This document shows, piece by piece, positions 56,101 through 64,000 of a DNA stretch of 64,000 nucleotides; position 1 is the first letter of the stretch; each line of letters starts with the position of its first letter. The notes below the pieces were generated by a model, which searched no databases, was not told where the DNA came from, and saw only the letters and a list, made by a program, of their open reading frames with translations. The position numbers and the translations under genes were made by a program. The DNA is from Flavipsychrobacter sp. (lineage in GTDB: Bacteria; Bacteroidota; Bacteroidia; Chitinophagales; Chitinophagaceae), in NCBI GenBank assembly GCA_044220845.1, contig JBGAQG010000001.1, forward strand, positions 74,603 through 138,602. Direction: 5' to 3'.

Positions 56101-58920
56101 TTATGACTCCGGATTCAACACAGAAATGAACTTCGCTCTGTCGGTGAGACCAAGTAAAGCAGCCTTGCGGATATCGTCGGCAGAAAGTGCATTAAGGTAC
56201 TTTTCGTAGTTCAGCACACGATCCCTGCTACGACCCCAAATGAGCACACGCTCCATCTTGTCGTTCCAGAAGCTGTTTTCCTTTGAATCGGTGATATACT
56301 TCTCCCTCCATTGGCTTTTCACTTTGTCCACGTCCTTCTGGCTGGGCCCCTGTGCCAGAATAGCTTTTATCTCCTTGTCGGTTGCTTCGAGCAACTTGTC
56401 TACATTCTCAGGGCCACAAGGCAGTTGCAGCTGAATAGAATAATGCTCGTATGGCTCGCGGGTAAGTTGACCACTGAAACCGCCGCCATAGATGGCCCCC
56501 ATCTTCTCGCGCATTTCTTCTATGACACGGATGTTCAATACTTCGCCGAGTGCAGCCATAGACATCTCCATGTCTTCGCTGTACGGCATTTGTCCGGAGA
56601 AGACGCCGAAGATCATACTTTGTTTCTCCTTGCCTTTCCTGACAGAAAGTTGTTTTCCTCCAACAGGGCGGAGACCATTGTCAAGATATTCGGCCGTTCC
56701 GGGCGATGAAGGGAGACTACCGAGGTACATCTCTATGAGTGGCAGGGCTGTTTTGGGGTCCACATTGCCGGTGATAAAGAAATGATAACCACCGCCGGAA
56801 GTGAACTCAGCATTGTAAATAGCCAATGTTCTGTCGAGGTCTATATTATCGTAGTCGGCAGCCTTGGGGAATACCATTGGTGCACGCGGGTTGTTGGCAT
56901 ACAATGCCTTGATAGTGGTATCGAAGAAAGCTACCCGTGGATTGGCCATGATGAACTGCAACATAGACTTCTGCTTATCTTTATAAGCGGTAAACAGCTC
57001 AACATCTTTGCGCGGCTGCGTAAGCTGCAGGTAAATTACCTGCATGAGGGTCTCGAAATCCTTTACAGTTGTGGCACCCGATATGCCTGAGCTATATTCA
57101 CTCAATCTCAGATCAACTTTTACAGTCTTTCCTGCGAGTGCTTTCTCCAGGTCGGATGGAGTGAATGTACCTATACCCATGGCCGGAATCAACTCTCTGA
57201 TGAACTGGTAATTGCTGCGGTCCTGCGGACCATACTTATTGGTACCACCCTTCTTAGTGCCCCTCACCAGTATCTCGTCGCTTTTGAAGTCGGTGGACTT
57301 TATTGTCACTTTCACACCGTTGCCCAAAGTATAAGTAGTGGCATTGAAACCATCCTCAGGAGCCTGAGATACGATGAGGCCCGGCTCGGGCTTCTTTGTA
57401 ATAAGTGTGGTTGCTACGGCTTTCTGTTCTGCATTTGCCACATCTTTAGACAGCGCTTTCGCCGTCATCGAAAGAAGGTCTTTGTCTGACGGCAATTTCA
57501 GCTCCGCTTTTTCCGGAGCCGTAACGAGCGTGAATGTGTTATTGTCGGAGAGATACTGCCTGATCGCGGTGCTCACTTCTTCTGCCTTGATACCGGGCAA
57601 CATTGATTTTGCATATGCGTATTCGTTTTCTATGCCCGGATATGGCTCGTTGTCAAGGAATGCGCGAATGTACTCTTCAACAAAGTCTTTGCTATCGGTG
57701 GTCTTGCGTTCGTTATAAGCGCGCTCCATTCCGGCCAAAGCGTCCTTTTTTGCTATTTCCAGTTCGCTTTCGGCAAAGCCATATTTGCGTGTACGCACCA
57801 CTTCGTCTGCTACAGCGCCGAGTGCCTTTTCCAGACCACCAGCCATGAACAGAGCATATACAGTGAGGTTCTCATACCCATGGATCATGTCGTTGAAATC
57901 AATGCCGGCAAACGGGAACGGTGGTTTGCTGCTTTGTGCAAGATCAGAAAAGCGGCGGTTGAGCATCTGTATACCTAACTGACGCACCATATTTTCTCTG
58001 TAATCTCCTATAGTTTTCTCGTCAGTCTTCTTCACGTAGGGGAAAGACAACATGAGCATGGAGTTGGTTGCTTCTTTATCGGTAACCACCATTGCATCGG
58101 CAGACTTGCGGGGAGCGATGTCCACGTAGGTGCGCGGGCGGGCATTGGCAGGGTTGGTGAGGCTGGCGAAGTGTTTGGTGATCATAGATTTTGCAGTGGC
58201 TACGTCTATATCACCGACAACCACCACAGCCTGGAGGTCGGGGCGGTACCAGTCGCGGTAAAAGCTACGGATGGTCTCGTATTTGAACGACTTGAGTATC
58301 TCGTCTTTTCCTATCGGGAGGCGCTGAGCATATAACGACCCCTCGGCAAGTTTAGGGAAGTACTTTTTCAGCATGCGGTCATCGGCACCCTTTCCAAGGC
58401 GGCTCTCTTCCAGCACCACGCCACGCTCGTCATCTATATCCTTATCGGTGAGCAATGCATTGTGCGCCCAGTCTTCGATGATCTGGAAACCTTTTTCGAG
58501 GTTGCCCGGCTTGTCTGTCGGGATCGGCAGGATGTAGACTGTCTGGTCGAAAGAAGTATAGGCGTTGAGGTCGGCACCAAACTGTACACCAATTGACTGC
58601 AGGTAACTTACCAGTTCATTCTTCTGGAAGTTCTTGGTTCCATTGAAGTTCATGTGCTCCATGAAGTGGGCAAGACCTTGCTGATCGTTATTCTCAAGAA
58701 TGGAACCGGCCTTGACTACCAGCCGGAGCTCCACCTTATTGGCCGGCTTCTTGTTGGTGCGTATGTAATAAGTGAGCCCATTGTCCAGCTTTCCGGTCAC
58801 TACATCGGGGTCGGTAGGAATGGGAGACTTGAGGTCCTGCGCCAACGACGCAAGGGACAAAAACAATAGGGCAATAAAACCGCTGAATCTGCGGCGGGCA
58901 GGTGCACTTTTTAGGAACAT
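56101..58920 (-). CDS. M16-family (pitrilysin/insulinase-like) zinc peptidase, double-unit
   Basis: 939 aa with a signal peptide and the inverted zinc motif HFMEHMNFNGT (HxxEH). Confidence 0.9.
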   Translation of the reverse strand: MFLKSAPARRRFSGFIALLFLSLASLAQDLKSPIPTDPDVVTGKLDNGLTYYIRTNKKPANKVELRLVVKAGSILENNDQQGLAHFMEHMNFNGTKNFQKNELVSYLQSIGVQFGADLNAYTSFDQTVYILPIPTDKPGNLEKGFQIIEDWAHNALLTDKDIDDERGVVLEESRLGKGADDRMLKKYFPKLAEGSLYAQRLPIGKDEILKSFKYETIRSFYRDWYRPDLQAVVVVGDIDVATAKSMITKHFASLTNPANARPRTYVDIAPRKSADAMVVTDKEATNSMLMLSFPYVKKTDEKTIGDYRENMVRQLGIQMLNRRFSDLAQSSKPPFPFAGIDFNDMIHGYENLTVYALFMAGGLEKALGAVADEVVRTRKYGFAESELEIAKKDALAGMERAYNERKTTDSKDFVEEYIRAFLDNEPYPGIENEYAYAKSMLPGIKAEEVSTAIRQYLSDNNTFTLVTAPEKAELKLPSDKDLLSMTAKALSKDVANAEQKAVATTLITKKPEPGLIVSQAPEDGFNATTYTLGNGVKVTIKSTDFKSDEILVRGTKKGGTNKYGPQDRSNYQFIRELIPAMGIGTFTPSDLEKALAGKTVKVDLRLSEYSSGISGATTVKDFETLMQVIYLQLTQPRKDVELFTAYKDKQKSMLQFIMANPRVAFFDTTIKALYANNPRAPMVFPKAADYDNIDLDRTLAIYNAEFTSGGGYHFFITGNVDPKTALPLIEMYLGSLPSSPGTAEYLDNGLRPVGGKQLSVRKGKEKQSMIFGVFSGQMPYSEDMEMSMAALGEVLNIRVIEEMREKMGAIYGGGFSGQLTREPYEHYSIQLQLPCGPENVDKLLEATDKEIKAILAQGPSQKDVDKVKSQWREKYITDSKENSFWNDKMERVLIWGRSRDRVLNYEKYLNALSADDIRKAALLGLTDRAKFISVLNPES

Positions 58921-59092
58921 AAATGAATTATTTGGATAAAGGTAGGAAATAATGACCTATCTTTTCGAAACCGGAGTGTCACAGTTGACTCCCTAAGACG
59001 GGCAGGTGACTCCCCTATTCCGGCGTTTGACGAATTTCCTGTTCTCCGTCCCGATCGCGCTTCAGACATTTGTATCAGAAAAGAAAAGGAAA

Positions 59093-60088
59093 ATGAAAAA
59101 ACACCTCTCCGTACTGGCAATTACCTATGCAGTGGTTCTGGGTGTGAACCTGTTTGTCAACTATGGCTATTATATGTCGGGGGGCAGCTGGCATTATAGC
59201 GTCCTCTTTTCGCTTTCGCTTGCAACAATGGGTGCGCTGGGCGGCACTACTTTTCTGACCAGAATATTTGAGTCGCTCAACTGGAGCAAGCAGCCGGTTG
59301 TATCCTTCGGGATAGGCGTTTCGATGCTGGCAGTATATGGCGGCCTCATTATGTTCGTGGCCATGAAAGCCATGGTACTGATGGGCTATGCCGAACCGGG
59401 CATAGATACCTACAGAGAGAACATGATGTACTCTGCACTCTTTTCTATGATCGTGGGGCTCATTGTATCAGGAAAGCACTTTGTTGTGAGCCTGCAGCGG
59501 AGCACGATTGAGAATGAGCGGATGAAGCAAGAAATGATCCAGAGCAAGTACGAGATCCTGAAGAATCAGGTGAACCCACATTTCCTATTTAATGCGCTCA
59601 ATACCCTACCCGGACTGATCAAAGAAAACCCTGACAACGCTGTTGCATTTGTTGAGCAAATGGCCAGAGTAATGCGTTATTCCCTTCAGCATCAGGATGA
59701 GCAAATCGTGCAACTGGCAACTGAACTGCAAGTTGCCGAATCCTACCTTTTCCTGCAAAAACAACGATTCGATGATAAACTTATCGTTGAGATAAACGTC
59801 AGTGCAGCAGCACAGGCAAGCAGCATTGTGACACACGCGCTGCTACTTGTTGTGGAGAATGCGATAAAGCACAATGAAATATCAAAAAAACACCCGCTGA
59901 AGATCAGCATATCAGACGATACTGACACACTAATAGTAACTAACAACTACAACCCCCGCCCGGCTCCGGAGACATCAACCGGACTCGGACTCAGCAATAT
60001 CCGGAACCGTTATGCACTGATCACAGGACAAGTGGTGCCGGTGATGCAGACGGATGAGGAGTTCCGGGTAGCGCTTCCCCTACTATAG
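59093..60088 (+). CDS. LytS/YehU-type sensor histidine kinase
   Basis: N-terminal TM helices, then QVNPHFLFNALNTL (His_kinase PF06580-type H box) and a C-terminal ATPase region (VENAIKHN, GLGLSNIRNRY). The ATG at 59093 is preferred to the track start 59006. Confidence 0.85.
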   Translation: MKKHLSVLAITYAVVLGVNLFVNYGYYMSGGSWHYSVLFSLSLATMGALGGTTFLTRIFESLNWSKQPVVSFGIGVSMLAVYGGLIMFVAMKAMVLMGYAEPGIDTYRENMMYSALFSMIVGLIVSGKHFVVSLQRSTIENERMKQEMIQSKYEILKNQVNPHFLFNALNTLPGLIKENPDNAVAFVEQMARVMRYSLQHQDEQIVQLATELQVAESYLFLQKQRFDDKLIVEINVSAAAQASSIVTHALLLVVENAIKHNEISKKHPLKISISDDTDTLIVTNNYNPRPAPETSTGLGLSNIRNRYALITGQVVPVMQTDEEFRVALPLL

Positions 60089-60128
60089 AAAGGAAACACA
60101 TTCTTTACCAACAAAATGATACAACCAC

Positions 60129-61667
60129 ATGGAACTGTATAAGGGACTTCTATTGCTGCATATTGCAGCAGGCACTGTGGCACTTCTTTGCGGTGCCGCA
60201 GCACTAATGGCCGTGAAAGGACGAAAAGGTCATAAACAGACAGGAAAAGTGTACAACAACTGTATGTATGTGGTAGGGCTCTCAGCTCTGGTGATGACCA
60301 TTCTCAGATTCAACCCCTTCCTCTTGTCCATTTCTGTCTTTACACTTTACCTCACCTTCTCGGGTATGCGTGCCATGCAATACTGGCGTGAGGGACGGGC
60401 AACGCTAACGCTTCGCGAGAAACTTCCGTACTTACTGGCTGCTGCCACTGCACTGTTCATGATCTTATATCCGATTGCGTTAATGGTGATGGCCAGGTCT
60501 GCCTTTGTGCCTGTGTTGAGCGTCTTCGGTGGCATCATGTTGGTTCTTTCTCTAAAGGACCTGCAACTAATTGCCGATGAAACCACGACCGGCAAACAGA
60601 ACCGGATATGGCTGATGCAGCATATTGGCAAAATGAGCGGTTCCTATATAGCTGCAATCACGGCGTTTCTGGTCAATAATGTTTCCATAAAGCCTTCGTG
60701 GATCGTTTGGATCCTTCCGACTGTTGTTGGTACCGTGCTTACAACATTAGCCACCCGAAAATGGAGCAAAAGACTGGCTAAATCAAGAAAAATCAAGGTG
60801 GCTGCTATTCCCGGCATAATGATAACGGTAGTCTTTGCTGTTCCAACCCATGCCGCCCAGCAGGTGCGAGGAGTGGTCTGTAATGAGAAAGGCCAAGCGG
60901 TAGCTTATGCCAACGTGGGTATTCAATACTCTACTCTCGGCACGATGACCGACGAACGTGGCGCATTCGTCTTGTTCTTGCCTGACGCTATGCAGCATGA
61001 CACGATAAAAGTGAGTTGTGTTGGCTACAGCACTGTAATGGAAACGGTTGCTTCATTGAAGCAACGCAAAACTGATACGATCATACTTCGCCAGACCACT
61101 ACCGGATTGGAGACCGTAACAATTGTTGCCGGCGAAGACAAAAAAATGAAACGCGGTGTTGCCCGAAAACACACACTTATGACGAACAACTTCGCAATCA
61201 GCAACAGACCCCGGCAAAATCTTGGAGCAGCCATAGGTGAGCTGATGCGTGTGCAGGGACAAGTCACGCGCGTCAAAGGCGTGCACCTATTTATAGACCG
61301 AAACAATTTTGATTCCGTTCTACTGAAAGTCAGTTTCTGCAAGATCGTGAATGGTGTGCCGGGCGAGTGTTTCAATACTGAGAACATTCTATGGCAAATA
61401 ACGAAGTCGAAGACCGGCTGGATCTATCTGGATGTATCGAAGTATAATTTGGTGAGTGACCGAAATTTCGCGGCAATTGTTGAGTGGGCCGACCACTCAA
61501 CACGAGGCGCGTTCCTTTCTGTGCCCATTTGTATGCCGGTTCCCGGAAAAGTTCATTATTACCGGTTTGGAAGTCAGGGGATCTGGAAGCGTTACCCGGG
61601 AATGGCAACTTCTTTTTATCTTGATCTCGAAAGAGTATCAACGCAACCACAAAATCATGCGATATGA
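60129..61667 (+). CDS. Membrane protein (about 6 TM, DUF2306-like) fused to a CarboxypepD_reg-like domain and an unknown C-terminal domain
   Basis: 512 aa. VRGVVCNEKGQAVAYANVGIQYSTLGTMTDERGAFVLFL is a carboxypeptidase-regulatory-like beta-sandwich signature. The gene overlaps the response regulator gene by 4 nt. Confidence 0.65.
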   Translation: MELYKGLLLLHIAAGTVALLCGAAALMAVKGRKGHKQTGKVYNNCMYVVGLSALVMTILRFNPFLLSISVFTLYLTFSGMRAMQYWREGRATLTLREKLPYLLAAATALFMILYPIALMVMARSAFVPVLSVFGGIMLVLSLKDLQLIADETTTGKQNRIWLMQHIGKMSGSYIAAITAFLVNNVSIKPSWIVWILPTVVGTVLTTLATRKWSKRLAKSRKIKVAAIPGIMITVVFAVPTHAAQQVRGVVCNEKGQAVAYANVGIQYSTLGTMTDERGAFVLFLPDAMQHDTIKVSCVGYSTVMETVASLKQRKTDTIILRQTTTGLETVTIVAGEDKKMKRGVARKHTLMTNNFAISNRPRQNLGAAIGELMRVQGQVTRVKGVHLFIDRNNFDSVLLKVSFCKIVNGVPGECFNTENILWQITKSKTGWIYLDVSKYNLVSDRNFAAIVEWADHSTRGAFLSVPICMPVPGKVHYYRFGSQGIWKRYPGMATSFYLDLERVSTQPQNHAI

Positions 61668-62419
61668 ACATCCTGATACTTGAAGACGAGCGCCACGCCG
61701 CAAACAGACTGACAGAACTTGTTGCAGCGGTGGCACCGGATGCAACTATAGTTGCTGTAATCGAGTCGGTACAGGAAGCTAGGGAATGGTTGAGCCACCA
61801 CAGCGCAGACCTGATTTTGGCCGATATCCACCTGAGCGATACACTTAGTCTGGAACTGTTTACAAAGGATGCCATTACTATTCCGGTCATTTTTACAACT
61901 GCTTATGACGCGTATGTGTTGCGCGCATTCAAGTTCAATAGCGTTGATTACCTACTAAAACCGATAGACAGAGATGAACTGGCCGCAGCCTTAAAAAAGT
62001 TCAGCGCGCAGCATAGTGCTGCAGGAATAGAAAGCCGATTGACCACTCTGCTGCAACAGATGGTGAGCGGGAGGCAGGCGTTCAGATCAAGATTTCTTGT
62101 GCGGAGAGGAGAACGGTTGATACCGGTTCCGGTAACAGACGCAGCCTTCATTCGCGCCGATGACAAGCTGACTTACCTCTATACCCGTAACGACCAGCAA
62201 TACCTCATAGACGAGAATCTGGACACATTGGAAACGCAGTTAGACCATGATTCATTTTTCAGGATCAGCAGAAGCTATATTGCTTCAATAGATTCAATAG
62301 AAAAGGTGGTAACGCACCTGAACGGACGACTGAAAGTAGTGATCAGGCACGCCAACGATGATGACATCTTCGTGAGTAAGGCCCGCGCAAATGCATTCAA
62401 AAAGTGGCTTGGCAAATAA
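61664..62419 (+). CDS. LytR/AlgR-family response regulator (receiver + LytTR DNA-binding domain)
   Basis: The receiver has ILILEDE, DLILADIHL and a later K. The C-terminal FFRISRSYIASIDSI is a LytTR signature. Confidence 0.9.
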   Translation: MNILILEDERHAANRLTELVAAVAPDATIVAVIESVQEAREWLSHHSADLILADIHLSDTLSLELFTKDAITIPVIFTTAYDAYVLRAFKFNSVDYLLKPIDRDELAAALKKFSAQHSAAGIESRLTTLLQQMVSGRQAFRSRFLVRRGERLIPVPVTDAAFIRADDKLTYLYTRNDQQYLIDENLDTLETQLDHDSFFRISRSYIASIDSIEKVVTHLNGRLKVVIRHANDDDIFVSKARANAFKKWLGK

Positions 62420-62421
62420 AG

Positions 62422-63681
62422 TTATGCGACATCTTCCTTCAGCGGGTTCCGCTGTGTCCATTTGCCACTTTCCATTGAGGAGAAGTAGGAAACAAACCAC
62501 TTGGTTGCGGCCTCAGGGACACGGAACAAACGGAGGAGATAGTCCTTGCGCACAGCCTTTGCACCCAGGCTGGCTTTTGCATCGAACGAGGTGCGGCCCA
62601 GCAGCAATTGCTGCTTGCGTAAGGCAATAGCCCGACCCAAGCCTGAAAAGAGCATGTTGAAGTACAACTGATACTTCGCATTGAGCGACTGACTGTAGCC
62701 CACGTAAAAGAGCTCATATCCGGTGGGGGTAACAAACGCGCTGTAGAACGCCACTAGCACATCGCCCTCAAAAAAACCGATGATCTCGAAGTTTTCTTTA
62801 TACAGTCGCTTCAACTCGGCTATATACCTGCTGCCCGATGTGGTGAACACGAAAGGCTGGTTCTCTATTACCTCTGCAAAAAGCCTGTCGATATAGGGTT
62901 GCAAACGGACCAGTTCCTCCTCCGTGATCGGAGCCTGCCTCAGTGTACTGCCTGCGGCAATTATTTTTTGCGCGCGTGCGCGGTATTTACGCGACAGTGC
63001 CCCGATATATTGAGACATACACTCCCATGATGAAGGAATGCTCATTTCCATGGCCATGTCTTCCCATGGCATCTGGTAGCCCAGTGTTGCGAGCTTGCGT
63101 TGTGTGGCTGCGCCTGCATTTCCTGTTCCGGTAAGGATGACCGCCGAGGCTTCATCACGATCGGCAATGGTATCGGCAATTGATGCCACCAGCTCGAGTG
63201 CCTGCCCGGCAGGCAGTTCGCTATGATCATAGCAGAAGCAGGGCATATCGGTGCGTAGCGCATTGCCGGATACTACGACCTTTATGCGGCGCAGATCGAG
63301 AAAAAGCCCCAATATATGCTTGACGAAAGTACGCTCGCGATGAAGATTGAAGTTGCGTGCAGTGAGCGTATAGACCTGAAAGGTGCTGAGTAACAACGGA
63401 CGACCATCTTTGTACACTACCGCATAACGGAAACTTACATCGGGCATAGAACGCTCGGCGGCAGACAGCTGCGCCAGTGCAAGTTCTGATGGCAGGAAGG
63501 GGGCCATGCTCTTCAATACAGGCGCCACCTCATCCGCGCTGTTCATGATGACTATAGACGGATCAATTTCCCCCTTCCGGCAGCGCGAAAGAAGGTTCTT
63601 TACAAAAACATTTGCAGGACAATTTTCTACAGGTAAATGAGACAGTACAGCTGATCGTCTATGGTTTGTCATTCCATTCAA
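62422..63681 (-). CDS. Hypothetical protein, possibly a FemAB-like/GNAT-fold acyltransferase
   Basis: 419-aa long clean ORF. The weak resemblance to the Acetyltransf_6-type family rests on memory only. Confidence 0.45.
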   Translation of the reverse strand: MNGMTNHRRSAVLSHLPVENCPANVFVKNLLSRCRKGEIDPSIVIMNSADEVAPVLKSMAPFLPSELALAQLSAAERSMPDVSFRYAVVYKDGRPLLLSTFQVYTLTARNFNLHRERTFVKHILGLFLDLRRIKVVVSGNALRTDMPCFCYDHSELPAGQALELVASIADTIADRDEASAVILTGTGNAGAATQRKLATLGYQMPWEDMAMEMSIPSSWECMSQYIGALSRKYRARAQKIIAAGSTLRQAPITEEELVRLQPYIDRLFAEVIENQPFVFTTSGSRYIAELKRLYKENFEIIGFFEGDVLVAFYSAFVTPTGYELFYVGYSQSLNAKYQLYFNMLFSGLGRAIALRKQQLLLGRTSFDAKASLGAKAVRKDYLLRLFRVPEAATKWFVSYFSSMESGKWTQRNPLKEDVA

Positions 63682-63730
63682 AATTATTGCAAAAGCGCGG
63701 AGAGAAATCTATGGGGCTATAACCAATAGT

Positions 63731-63761
63731 AAAAAAAAGACCGCATCAGTTTGATGCGGTC
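63731..63761 (-). terminator. Intrinsic terminator of nusG
   Basis: GACCGCATCA pairs with TGATGCGGTC, followed on the minus strand by a run of eight T. Confidence 0.8.
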
Positions 63762-63784
63762 AGGGAAATATGATAATTGTGTAT

Positions 63785-64000
63785 TTAGGCGATCTTTTCT
63801 ACCTGCATGTAGTTGAGTTCCACCGGTGTAGCACGACCGAAGATCTTTACAACCACCTTCAGTTTCTTCTTCTCCTGATTGATCTCTTCCACGGTACCAT
63901 TGAAGTCGTTGAAAGGTCCGTCAACGATCTTAACGGTCTCACCCACGATATATGGTTCTGCGTAGCTTACACCCTGTTCGCTCACCTCGTCCATCTTACC
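63785..64000 (-). CDS. nusG: Transcription termination/antitermination factor NusG, C-terminal KOW part (5' end beyond the window)
   Basis: [51 protein letters not shown] is the canonical NusG KOW domain. The frame stays open to base 64000. Confidence 0.88.
   Translation of the reverse strand, partial: GKMDEVSEQGVSYAEPYIVGETVKIVDGPFNDFNGTVEEINQEKKKLKVVVKIFGRATPVELNYMQVEKIA

Overview
This 64-kb chromosomal segment looks like Bacteroidota, probably Chitinophagia/Sphingobacteriia-like. The supporting signs are a T9SS C-terminal sorting domain, TAnnTTTG-type -7 boxes, and a dcw cluster without murF or ddl. About 44 kb is ordinary core genome. On the minus strand, 1-13152 carries mraZ-rsmH-ftsL-ftsI-murE-mraY-murD-ftsW-murG-murC-ftsQ. 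After that come purL, dnaJ-grpE, a GT2 / large membrane protein / PaaD-like operon, and a large envelope-glycan modification region at 33.1-43.5 kb (GNAT, aminotransferase-like, WbqC, GT2, TauD-like, aldo-keto reductase, MBOAT plus partner). Further on are truB, folB, a GHMP kinase, an M16 peptidase, a LytS/LytTR two-component operon, and the nusG 3' end. The unusual part is 44150-51884, a mosaic variable region around comM. It contains an 11-bp-phased CTTCCCA repeat array, visibly AT-rich secreted-protein genes bracketed by structured repeats, a HEPN/MNT toxin-antitoxin pair, and a truncated C39 peptidase. It also has a ~1.03-kb tandem duplication of the comM 5' end plus its upstream region. 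The two coding copies differ at 27 nucleotides by hand alignment, and every difference is synonymous. A multi-hairpin repeat ending in the identical 20-mer GTTACAAACGAGGACCAGAG sits at three junctions. I saw no rRNA, tRNA, CRISPR array, transposase or integrase in the window. All calls come from reading the sequence and ORF translations, and no database search was possible.
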